Origin: Nitratidesulfovibrio vulgaris str. Hildenborough
Lineage (GTDB): Bacteria > Desulfobacterota > Desulfovibrionia > Desulfovibrionales > Desulfovibrionaceae
NCBI RefSeq assembly: GCF_000195755.1
Contig: NC_002937.3
Coordinates: 2,100,001-2,132,000 of the forward strand
Length of the DNA: 32,000 bases
Direction of reading: 5' to 3'
The position numbers and the translations under genes were made by a program. The notes below the pieces were generated by a model, which saw only the letters and a program-made list of their open reading frames with translations, was not told the DNA's origin and ran no database searches. Numbering within the stretch: position 1 is the first letter of the stretch; the number at the start of each line of letters is the position of its first letter. Of the stretch, positions 23,167 to 31,142 are shown piece after piece.

Positions 23167-25602
23167 CTACGCACAACGGTAGTAGGTGGACTTGCCGCGG
23201 CCTTCCCTTATGATGATCTCTCGGTCCGAAAGATTTCGGAGTATGCCACCAAGCTTGTCCGCCTTGAGGCCGGTCCGTGTTTCCAATTCAGACCTGGATC
23301 TCTTCTTCTCTTTCAGCGCACTGAACACCTTTTCCTCGTCTGGCGACAGGGAGTCCATGTCGACATCCCGGGTGGGAACAACGGGGGGCTCCACGGCCCT
23401 CGGCTCGCTGCTCAACCCTTCAGACATAGGCGATTGCCCGACATCTGCGAGAGAGCCCTCGATATGGCGCCACCCACTACCTACCGGAAGGTGGTAGGTA
23501 CAGGATTTCCTTTCAAGTTGGGGCGCGGCCTTGCACTTGGCAACGGTCATTCGCACGACCGGACCGTCGGCTTGACAAATCTTCTCCAACTGAGGGCTCT
23601 TGTCCTCTAGGCTTGCCAACTGCTCGCGCCCATCCAGGCGGATGACGTTCTGGGACAAACTAGCAAGATCACTAGACCCTTTGAAGCTTGTTCCATCCTT
23701 GCCGGAGTGATGCACAATGATGACCGCGATCCCGGCTTGTTCTACTTGTCGAACGAAGTTGAACAGCCCATCGGCGTTACTCTTGGCCGCGCTAGGAGCT
23801 AGCGACAACAAGTTGTCGATGACAAGCACATCCGCCTTCGCTTGGCGGAGTAGCTCGATGACCTCTCGCGAGCATCCCCCATCCAGAATGTTCAAGCCGG
23901 ATTGGGGCACGATACTCAAATTCTGATTCACGAGTACTTGGGCATCCGGGTTGTCTTGAAGGAGTTGGTCACAGCGCGCCTTGAAGTCTTCCTTGCCAAC
24001 CTCGCCATCAAGGTAGCAGACGCGGCGAGGGGCCATCGCAGGCAGTCCGAATGCGTTAAAACCACCAGCCATAGCCAGGGCCAGTTGGATAGCGACCCAG
24101 CTTTTGCCTGCATTGGAGCACCCCCAAATCAGTGTCGTGTACCGAGACGTGATCACACCATCCCAGCTCAGCTCAAGCTGAGAGCCATGTTCTCGTCCCC
24201 GGATGTCATCCAGACGAATAAGCTCTAACGTGCTCTCGTTTGTGCGTATTTCCTCCGCAGGCTCAGGCACAAGCTCCATGGATCTCATCCATGCCCGATA
24301 CTCCCCCACCGGGATAGCTTTGCGCAACACATCGCGAGCAAGCTTTGAGGGCAATTCAACACGATCAAGGTACACCGCCCTCCCCCACAGCTCCTTTTGC
24401 CACGGTCCATGGGGGCAAGAGGCATCAAGGACCGGCATACTAGGGGCAATAACAGGCCATGGGTAGATACTCACTCTTGCCGCGCCTTCCTTTGCGCAAC
24501 GCTTCGCCCATTCTTCGGCTCCCTTCAACTTCTCGCGAGTGGAGCCGGGGACGATCACGACAGGATGCCCCGCAAGATCTTTATAGTGCAGGGCGTCAAA
24601 AGCCTCCGCCCCTCCAAAGCATCCGGAGACAATGACCCCCACGCGTTCAAAGACTTTGGCTTCCCGTGCCATTTTGCGAAAATGCATGGCTACACGCATA
24701 TCAAGGCAGAGCAGCACGGGAGCCTCCCGATCGTCTGCCATCCTCGTACGAGAATACAGCCAAGCAGAGGCTGGAGTCGCACCGATACGGAGCACAGGAC
24801 GCCCTTCGAAATCCGTTCGGCCAGCGACCAGAAAGAACTCCTTGCTCCCGTGCCGATAGCAACACACAGCCTGCTCAATGGCTCCCGCGAAGTCATGGAT
24901 GTAGTCCTCGTCGGCAAGCGTGTAGGGAGAGTCTTTTACGAAGAGCTGCTTCGGAATCTTCTTCGCAACGCTACTGATGCGCGGCGACAGGGGAGGCCGT
25001 GCATTGGCCCCAACCGGAAACGTTCGAAAGCAGTACTCCGGTTTCAAGCCGAGCAGCTCTCCCACGACTAGAGTCGCCTGAAGAGGACTTCGATTCAGGC
25101 TTGAAGACGCCAGGGAGATTAAGGACTCTTCCCTCTTGTCAGTCTTGGAGACCCGGCTGCTAGCGACGTCAATGCCCAAATCCATCAATACCTGCTGGCG
25201 CCCTCCGGCATCGAGCATTGAGCATTCCCACTCGACCAGCGAGCGAAATACGTCTGTATAGAAAGTCGCCATGAATGCGGACGGAAGATTTGACTTGTCA
25301 ATCTTGTCCACTATCTGCTCCACCTGCGTGGATCTTCTCGGGGCTCCTTGAGATAGCTCCGCAGGATACAGGCTACATGCACGAAGAGACGCTCCTGCGG
25401 GTCGACCTCTCTCCCATGAGGCGCTCCGTTTCATCCTAACCTGCGCATCTGGCTGGGGGAACGAAGTGGTTCTTGTAGGAGTGATGTCAATGACAGCAGG
25501 CTCACCAAGCAAAGATTCCTTCCTGAGCGTGCAGGAACTGGTTACCGGTTGCCCGGTTGTGCTAGCACGTTCTATCATGTCTTCAATGCGCGGCTCTTCC
25601 AT
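23167..25602 (-). CDS. RepA/DnaB-like RecA-fold helicase (AAA_25-type) with long N-terminal region and C-terminal winged-helix; replication initiator/primase-helicase of the mobile element
   Basis: 811 aa with SD AGGAG. It has Walker A WGCSNAGKSW, CYLDGE, Walker B DVLVIDNL and IIVHHSGKDG. The C-terminus LSPDEEKVFSALKEKKRSRSELETRTGLKADKLGGILRNLSDREIIIREGRGKSTYYR is wHTH-like. The central region (res ~290-390) is Toprim-like in layout, but I could not find the acidic motifs. Confidence 0.8.
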   Translation of the reverse strand: MEEPRIEDMIERASTTGQPVTSSCTLRKESLLGEPAVIDITPTRTTSFPQPDAQVRMKRSASWERGRPAGASLRACSLYPAELSQGAPRRSTQVEQIVDKIDKSNLPSAFMATFYTDVFRSLVEWECSMLDAGGRQQVLMDLGIDVASSRVSKTDKREESLISLASSSLNRSPLQATLVVGELLGLKPEYCFRTFPVGANARPPLSPRISSVAKKIPKQLFVKDSPYTLADEDYIHDFAGAIEQAVCCYRHGSKEFFLVAGRTDFEGRPVLRIGATPASAWLYSRTRMADDREAPVLLCLDMRVAMHFRKMAREAKVFERVGVIVSGCFGGAEAFDALHYKDLAGHPVVIVPGSTREKLKGAEEWAKRCAKEGAARVSIYPWPVIAPSMPVLDASCPHGPWQKELWGRAVYLDRVELPSKLARDVLRKAIPVGEYRAWMRSMELVPEPAEEIRTNESTLELIRLDDIRGREHGSQLELSWDGVITSRYTTLIWGCSNAGKSWVAIQLALAMAGGFNAFGLPAMAPRRVCYLDGEVGKEDFKARCDQLLQDNPDAQVLVNQNLSIVPQSGLNILDGGCSREVIELLRQAKADVLVIDNLLSLAPSAAKSNADGLFNFVRQVEQAGIAVIIVHHSGKDGTSFKGSSDLASLSQNVIRLDGREQLASLEDKSPQLEKICQADGPVVRMTVAKCKAAPQLERKSCTYHLPVGSGWRHIEGSLADVGQSPMSEGLSSEPRAVEPPVVPTRDVDMDSLSPDEEKVFSALKEKKRSRSELETRTGLKADKLGGILRNLSDREIIIREGRGKSTYYRCA

Positions 25603-25650
25603 ACAAACTCCTTTGCATAGGCTGGAGTGGTGTCCCCAAGCCTATGACAT

Positions 25651-25821
25651 CTATCGCTTTGGGATAATTGTGACGTCCAAACGTGTCAGCGAAATATGGA
25701 CCTCTTCGACCTTCGCAAGAGACTCTGGCGATGTCTCGACGACTTCCTTGATGCGCGCTGCAAGGGCATTGAGATCGTCCGGCGGGAATATGGGATCGCA
25801 AACATCTTTCTTCTGATGCAC
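25651..25821 (-). CDS. Possible 56-aa protein between the alpA-like and helicase genes (GTG start)
   Basis: Hand translation gives VHQKKDVCDPIFPPDDLNALAARIKEVVETSPESLAKVEEVHISLTRLDVTIIPKR*. AGAGGT lies 4-5 nt upstream. Its composition is more protein-like than the overlapping 83-aa track ORF. Confidence 0.3.
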   Translation of the reverse strand: MHQKKDVCDPIFPPDDLNALAARIKEVVETSPESLAKVEEVHISLTRLDVTIIPKR

Positions 25822-25868
25822 AACTACCTCTCATGCGTTAGAGATTGCTCAATAATAGCCCTGAGTAG

Positions 25869-26171
25869 CTAATGAGCCTCAAAACTATCAGCGAGATAAG
25901 CCAGTACTTCAGCACTTCGAGTCTTTGGTACTTGGCCATTGCTTTTGGGATCCTTGCGTTCAGGCAACTGCACCCGACTAGCAAACCATTCAATGAACGA
26001 GTCCCGCTCGTAGAAAACTCTCTGTCCGACGCGCCAACGTTTGCTCGGCCCTTTTCCGGCACTGTCAAGATTCGCCAAGGTCTTGGGATGAAGAATACCA
26101 CCTGTAAGACGCCCGACAGCCGATCTGGGGAAGAGTGCGGGGAAATTCATACTGTTCAGCAAATCAATCAT
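25869..26171 (-). CDS. AlpA/excisionase-type (MerR-like HTH) DNA-binding protein
   Basis: 100 aa with SD GGGAG 6 nt upstream. FPRSAVGRLTGGILHPKTLANLDSAGKGPSKRWRVGQRVFYERDSFIEWF fits the HTH_17/AlpA pattern (HTH ... G-x-P ... R-x-x-Y ... W). Confidence 0.6.
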   Translation of the reverse strand: MIDLLNSMNFPALFPRSAVGRLTGGILHPKTLANLDSAGKGPSKRWRVGQRVFYERDSFIEWFASRVQLPERKDPKSNGQVPKTRSAEVLAYLADSFEAH

Positions 26172-26384
26172 AATTTACTCCCGGTGGGTAATTATCGATA
26201 TAGATGCAAACTACCCCAAGCAAACCAACCTATCCCGATGTTTCTTCTTGAACAGCAGGCAATAACAATGCGAAATAAATAAGATTGCATACGCACAGCA
26301 ATTCTTTCTTGGCATTCCCTTGACCTTTCCCCCTCTAGGTATCCCAGCTATTAATTCGGGACGCAGGGCATGGAGCCCATCGTC

Positions 26385-27503
26385 ATGAGAAAGAGCAGGT
26401 TCACCTAGGAGCAGATCATTGGGATTCTCAAGCAGGCCGAAGTCGGGATGACGGTAGCGTCTCTGTGCCGACAGCATGGGATGTCCACGCAACGTTTTAC
26501 AAGTGGCGTAGCAAGTACGGCGGAATGGACGTGTCCGAGGCGCGTCGCTTGAGGGGGCTTGAAGAGGAGAACCAGCGGCTGAAACGGCTAGTGGCCGAAC
26601 AGGCTCTGGACATTCAGGTGCTTAAGGAAGTCCCAGAAAAAACGGGTAAAGCCCGCCGAACGCCGCTTGGCCGTGCGTTATGCCATCGATGTGCATGGTT
26701 GTTCCGAGCGGCGGGCCTGTCAGCTAATGACGGACCTTCAGACGGCCACCAGCCTAGATCGCGACGGCGAATTGCGCATCCGTCTGCGTGGTCTGGCCGA
26801 GGAACGTCGGCGCTTCGGCAGCCCACGGTTGCAGATCCTATTGTGCCGTGAAGGCATCGTCGTGAACCACAAGCGCGTCGAGCGAGTGTATCGGGAGGAA
26901 GGGCTGTCGCTCAGACTCAAGCACCGCCGCAAGCGGGCAAGCCATCTGCGAGAGGTGCCGCATGGCTCCACGGAGCCGAATCAGCATTGGGTCATGGACT
27001 TCGTGAGCGACTGCCTGATAAACGGCCGCAGGCTTCGCATGCTGACCGTGGTGGACCTCTATGATCGTTGCTGTCCGGTGATCGAGGTGGATCATTCGCT
27101 GACTGCGAGCGTGTCGCGCGGTCGTGGAGCGGCTGAACGCTCTGGGACAGTGTCCGGTAGTCATCCGAACCGACAACGGTCCGGAGTTCACAGGTAAGGC
27201 CTTGGACCTGTGGGCGCATGGACAGGGAGTAAGGCTGGAGTTCATCCGTCCGGGCAAGCCGACAGAAAACGGCCACATCGAAAGCTTCAATGGCCGGTTT
27301 CGGGAAGAGAGCCTGACTGCCCAGGCTTTCTTCTCACTCGCCGAGGCAAGACGGGTTGTCGAGGCGTGGAGGCAGGATTACAACACGTGCGCCTGCACAC
27401 TCCCCTCGCCGGTATGAGCCCAGAGGAATACCAAAGAGCCGTGAAGGGTGGAAACACTGAAGTCGCGACTACGAACTTATCCCTGGCATACTTGGCGGGG
27501 TAA
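26385..27503 (+). pseudogene. IS407-like transposase orfA/orfB remnants
   Basis: orfA reads MRKSRFT*EQIIGILKQAEVG..., with an in-frame TAG at 26406..26408, then a frameshift before ...ATFYKWRSKYGGMDVSEARRLRGLEEENQRLKRLVAEQALD. An A6 slippery run lies at 26637..26642. The orfB pieces lie in three frames (AVRYAIDVHGCSERRACQL...HWVMDFV...VVDLYDRCCPVIEVDHSLT / VVERLNALGQCPVVIRTDNGPEFTGKA...GKPTENGHIESFNGRFREE...WRQDYN / SLAGMSPEEYQ). Confidence 0.85.
27323..27338 (+). repeat. 16-nt exact direct repeat AGGCTTTCTTCTCACT, copy 1 (inside the IS orfB remnant)
   Basis: Identical 16-mer at 27629..27644. Confidence 0.9.
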
Positions 27504-27628
27504 GGTCACTACTCCAAAAGCCTTCCCGAAGGGCAGCCGAAAGAAGACACCGAAGGGCACTACGCAGCCTGATCAGCGTCCCAGCCGGGTACGGCAAGTG
27601 TCAGGTGAATACTATCTCTGTACAACCT

Positions 27629-27644
27629 AGGCTTTCTTCTCACT
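27629..27644 (+). repeat. 16-nt exact direct repeat AGGCTTTCTTCTCACT, copy 2 (at the GC-drop boundary, overlapping the orphan-gene stop)
   Basis: Identical 16-mer at 27323..27338. Confidence 0.9.
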
Positions 27645-28941
27645 ATAGTTTATTTTTCCTATTCTTTTTATCTAATACTGGACGTGGAAACAAATTCTTA
27701 TCAGCAAAATCGCGAACAAGATTACTTTTTAGAAAATTAGTTATTTTTTGGCTTTCATTTTCTGTTGCTGCAAAATGCAATATTTTGTGTTTAAGTCTTA
27801 TTTCTCTATCCAATTCGAATGCCATTTCGCGAATTTTTGCATATATTGACTTATTACTTACACCTTCATATTTCAACGATACTGCCTCTATAATGAGTCT
27901 TTCAAGGGCATCACCTCTGCCTCTAGATCCGCGCCAAATGATATTACTAAATCGTTCATTAGTACGACCATCATGGATTGAAGTAGAATCAAACCACTGT
28001 AACAAACCTCTCTGCCAATTGCGCTTACCCCATCGAAACAATCTTGTAGCACTCTTAAAATATTTGGTTCTGAAGTAAATATTTTTTAAATTTTCAACAG
28101 CATCATTAACACAATACTTTAAAAATTGGCTCATCTTCGTATCTGGGAAAAAAGCCATCCCTATCGTAGCATTTACGAATGCATGCGCACATATCGAAAC
28201 CTTTTTAATTTCACTTCCAGTGAATTTATCCGACACCCTAAATACCTCTCTAAAGAAATCAAAAGCGACTTCATTAACACTAAAAAAATAGTCATTACAA
28301 CAACTACTAAACCCGTAGTAAAAAGAATTTTCTCCATCATCACAACTAAAAATGTCAATGACATCTTGCCTAAGTCCATCACGCGTCGCGATATCAACGC
28401 TAAAGGCAAAATGCTTTCTTCTCGCTTTCGATTCATAAAAATGAATATCTATAACACGCCTTGAGTTATCTATAGCCACAGTAAAATCATCTGGATAAGG
28501 TTGAGCCCTAACACTACATTCACCACCGAAATGCGTAGTATTGATTAGCAGCCTAAGACGTCCTCCTTGAACACGGCTAGGATCTAGGTATAAAAACCAA
28601 AGGTATTTTTTAAAAACAAATCCTTCATTAGAGAAAAGCCACATTACATCTGTAAAAACAGCACCGTATCGATCCACCAATACATTAAGAGAAATAGCCT
28701 CCTCAAATAATGCTTTGTCGAGCGGAAGAGGAAGAGGACGCTGCGGCTTAACGTCACGACGCAAGCATCCCCGAAAATATTTTCGGATTTTTTTACGCAA
28801 CGATGCTTTTACACGGTACTTACTTATCCCAGTTTCGCACGCAATCTGAGGGACATCAACAATATATCCAGACCATTCTCGATTGCTACCCTTAATACAA
28901 TATTGATAATTATTGTAAAAAAACCCTACATACTCTTTCAT
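27643..28941 (-). CDS. Orphan 432-aa protein in a ~30% G+C block; no recognisable motif
   Basis: It is a long ORF in very AT-rich DNA, where random stops would be frequent. I chose start ATG 28941 (MKEYVGFFYNNYQ...) because of SD GGAGGTG 5 nt upstream; the track start 28962 is less likely. The protein is rich in aromatic residues and Cys. I found no Walker A, HExxH, HNH or DxD. Confidence 0.75.
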   Translation of the reverse strand: MKEYVGFFYNNYQYCIKGSNREWSGYIVDVPQIACETGISKYRVKASLRKKIRKYFRGCLRRDVKPQRPLPLPLDKALFEEAISLNVLVDRYGAVFTDVMWLFSNEGFVFKKYLWFLYLDPSRVQGGRLRLLINTTHFGGECSVRAQPYPDDFTVAIDNSRRVIDIHFYESKARRKHFAFSVDIATRDGLRQDVIDIFSCDDGENSFYYGFSSCCNDYFFSVNEVAFDFFREVFRVSDKFTGSEIKKVSICAHAFVNATIGMAFFPDTKMSQFLKYCVNDAVENLKNIYFRTKYFKSATRLFRWGKRNWQRGLLQWFDSTSIHDGRTNERFSNIIWRGSRGRGDALERLIIEAVSLKYEGVSNKSIYAKIREMAFELDREIRLKHKILHFAATENESQKITNFLKSNLVRDFADKNLFPRPVLDKKNRKNKL

Positions 28942-29084
28942 ACACACCTCCATAGCCCTCACGACACGAGAGCACCTCTTATACTTACACCCAAGAGGTC
29001 TCTAAAGGCACGCACGAAGAAAAACTACGTAGCCTCCCCCCTGCACTCAATCTTTTATCATCTCTGACAGCCGACTGGCAAAAG

Positions 29085-29104
29085 GTGGGGCTATAGTGGG
29101 GCTA
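29085..29104. repeat. Tandem 9-mers GTGGGGCTA-ta-GTGGGGCTA
   Basis: Read directly from the sequence. They lie between the orphan gene and the tRNA terminator. Confidence 0.6.
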
Positions 29105-29107
29105 AAC

Positions 29108-29153
29108 ATCAAAAACAAAAAGAGGCTTGCAAGGGAACACCTTGCAAGCCTCT
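29108..29153 (-). terminator. Rho-independent terminator downstream of the tRNA gene
   Basis: Perfect 14-bp stem AGAGGCTTGCAAGG-gaaca-CCTTGCAAGCCTCT. On the minus strand it is followed by TTTTGTTTTTG. Confidence 0.75.
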
Positions 29154-29161
29154 GATTTTAC

Positions 29162-29238
<77 letters not shown>

Positions 29239-29340
29239 ACATCTGCACACCTGATGTGCAAGAGGGATATGTACCCCCGTTCGACAACGGAGTCAACACG
29301 TCATTTACAACAGACTGCGTTTGCCGTATGTAACCGACCC

Positions 29341-30063
29341 ATGAACACGGTCGCTTCTTTCTCCATCATCGTGCCGGTCTTCAACGAGGAAGACAACCTC
29401 CCCGTCCTTTTCGCCGAGATTCACAAGGCCGTATCCGGGCTTGGCAAAACGTGGGAAGTGCTCTTCGTCGACGACGGCAGCACCGACCGCAGCCTCGACG
29501 TCATCAAGCGTCTCGCTGCCGAACACCCCGAAGCGCGTTACGTCTCGTTCTGCTGCAACTGCGGGCAGTCCGCGGCCTTCGGCGCCGGTTTCCGCTACGC
29601 CAAGGGTGATGTGGTCATCACCATAGACGCCGACCTTCAGAACGACCCCGCGGACATTCCCGCCATGCTGCGCGAATACGAACGCGGCTTCGATATGGTC
29701 ATCGGCTGGCGTGCGCGGCGGCAGGACACCTTCACCAAGCGTATCGCCTCGAAGATAGCCAATGCCATCCGCAACCGTCTCAGCCATGAGACCGTCAAGG
29801 ATACCGGCTGTTCGCTGAAGGTCATGCGCACGGAACTCGCGCGCAGGCTGCCCATGTTCACCGGGATGCACCGCTTTCTTCCCACTCTGATGAAGATGGA
29901 AGGCGCCAGCGTGTCGGAGATGAAGGTCAACCACCGTCCGCGTCTGCACGGCACCTCGAAATATGGCACCTTCAGCCGGGCAAAGACCGCCTTCTTCGAC
30001 CTGCTGGCCATTCGCTGGATGCAACGTCGGCATGTATGCGTCGACGTACGGGAGCACAACTGA
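29341..30063 (+). CDS. Family 2 glycosyltransferase (polyprenol-phosphate sugar transferase type, ArnC/DPM1-like)
   Basis: I chose start ATG 29341 (MNTVASFSIIVPVFNEEDNL...), because the track start 29221 would overlap the tRNA. Motifs VDDGSTD and DADLQNDP are present. Confidence 0.85.
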   Translation: MNTVASFSIIVPVFNEEDNLPVLFAEIHKAVSGLGKTWEVLFVDDGSTDRSLDVIKRLAAEHPEARYVSFCCNCGQSAAFGAGFRYAKGDVVITIDADLQNDPADIPAMLREYERGFDMVIGWRARRQDTFTKRIASKIANAIRNRLSHETVKDTGCSLKVMRTELARRLPMFTGMHRFLPTLMKMEGASVSEMKVNHRPRLHGTSKYGTFSRAKTAFFDLLAIRWMQRRHVCVDVREHN

Positions 30064-30296
30064 CCCCTCCGGAGCATCACATCTGGAGTGACGCCCTGCT
30101 GCTCTCTGCCGGGGTTGCACTACAGGTTGCGGCATTCCGTGTTCCCCGGGGGCAGTGCCTCGCCCCGACCCTTCACATCGTCGGAGCCTGCTGCATCGCA
30201 CTTTTCGCCCTGAATGACAGGGATGCCCTCTCCCTCGTGGGACAGGGAATCCTCACCGTCTGCCTTCTTCCCCTTCTGTACGGGAAATCAGCATGA
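30036..30296 (+). CDS. Small hydrophobic membrane protein
   Basis: 86-aa ORF with 2-3 hydrophobic segments. Its stop overlaps the next ATG (ATGA 30293..30296), which argues that it is translated. The start is uncertain: ATG 30036 overlaps the GT2 end by 28 nt. Confidence 0.5.
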   Translation: MRRRTGAQLTPPEHHIWSDALLLSAGVALQVAAFRVPRGQCLAPTLHIVGACCIALFALNDRDALSLVGQGILTVCLLPLLYGKSA

Positions 30297-30973
30297 TAAC
30301 ACGCACCATCCGCGGAATCCTGAAGGGCGCCGCCGTGTTTCTCGGCCTCGCAGGCGCCATCGCGCTATTGCACGCCTTCGGTCTGGACAGCACACTGGAC
30401 ACGGCGTGGATAGACTCGCACATCCGTGACCACGGTCTTCAGGGGCACCTTCTCTACATCGGCATCGCCGGTGTGCTCACGGCTTTGGCAGTCCCGCGCC
30501 AATTCGTCAGTTTCCTTGGCGGCTATGCCTTCGGTGCGGCATTCGGCACACTCTGGGCAACCGTTGGGGCAACCCTCGGCTGCATGCTCACCTTCTTCTA
30601 CGCACGGTTCGCCGGGCAGTCACTCGTGAACAGACGTTTCAGCCACAGGGTGGCGCGCGTCAACGCGTTTCTCTCGCGCAACCCGTTCACCATGACCTTC
30701 ATCATCCGCTGCCTTCCGGTCGGTAACAACGTGCTGACCAACCTCATAGCCGGAGTGAGCAGCATCCCCGCCGTACAATTCTTCGCGGGGTCGTTCATCG
30801 GCTACATCCCGCAGCATTTCATCTTCGCACTCCTCGGCAGCGGGGTGCATGTCTCCCCTGTCCTGCGCACGGTGACGAGCGCCCTGCTTTTCGTGCTCTC
30901 CAGCGTGTTCGGCTACATGCTCTACCGCCGCTACCGCATCGACCGCGACCTCGAAGAACCAGACGATCAATAG
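30293..30973 (+). CDS. TVP38/TMEM64 (DedA-related) family membrane protein
   Basis: 226 aa with multiple TM segments. ...VPRQFVSFLGGYAFGAAFGTLWATVGATLGCMLTFFYAR... is typical of the family. Confidence 0.8.
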   Translation: MITRTIRGILKGAAVFLGLAGAIALLHAFGLDSTLDTAWIDSHIRDHGLQGHLLYIGIAGVLTALAVPRQFVSFLGGYAFGAAFGTLWATVGATLGCMLTFFYARFAGQSLVNRRFSHRVARVNAFLSRNPFTMTFIIRCLPVGNNVLTNLIAGVSSIPAVQFFAGSFIGYIPQHFIFALLGSGVHVSPVLRTVTSALLFVLSSVFGYMLYRRYRIDRDLEEPDDQ

Positions 30974-31081
30974 AAAAACAGACGCGATAGCCAGACGGCG
31001 TCGCCGACGCTCGCCCCTGTGGCGTAAGGCATCTTCTCGGGGAAGCTGCAGAAGCGACAATCCACCACGCGAAAGATAGAC

Positions 31082-31113
31082 GAAGCCCCCTATCTTCATC
31101 GGCAGGGGGCTTC
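31082..31113. terminator. Hairpin GAAGCCCCCT-(12 nt)-AGGGGGCTTC between convergent genes
   Basis: 10-bp stem read directly from the sequence. The T tails are weak on both strands. Confidence 0.45.
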
Positions 31114-31142
31114 ATTGCGTATTCTATGCGCCGATGGACGGG

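Larger units (their letters stand above)
26321..27508 (+). mobile_element. Decayed IS3-family element, IS407 group (1188 bp)
   Basis: The ends are TGACCTTTCCCCCTCTAGG... (left) and ...GGCGGGGTAAGGTCA (right; reverse complement TGACCTTACCCCGCC). Transposase frames are recognisable but broken. There is no matching flanking direct repeat (CCCT versus CTAC). Confidence 0.8.

Noticed and set aside
24397-25071. 224-aa plus-strand ORF
   Set aside because: It is antisense to the helicase gene (Walker A/B on the minus strand) and has shadow-frame composition.
25583-25834. 83-aa minus-strand track ORF between the alpA-like gene and the helicase gene
   Set aside because: Its translation is Arg/Cys/Ser-rich and not protein-like, and it overlaps the helicase start. 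The alternative GTG-initiated 56-codon frame (25651..25821) looks more plausible, and I listed that one at low confidence.
29305-30201. 298-aa minus-strand ORF
   Set aside because: It is antisense to the well-supported GT2 glycosyltransferase. Its low-complexity Arg/Gly/Ala-rich translation marks it as a shadow ORF.
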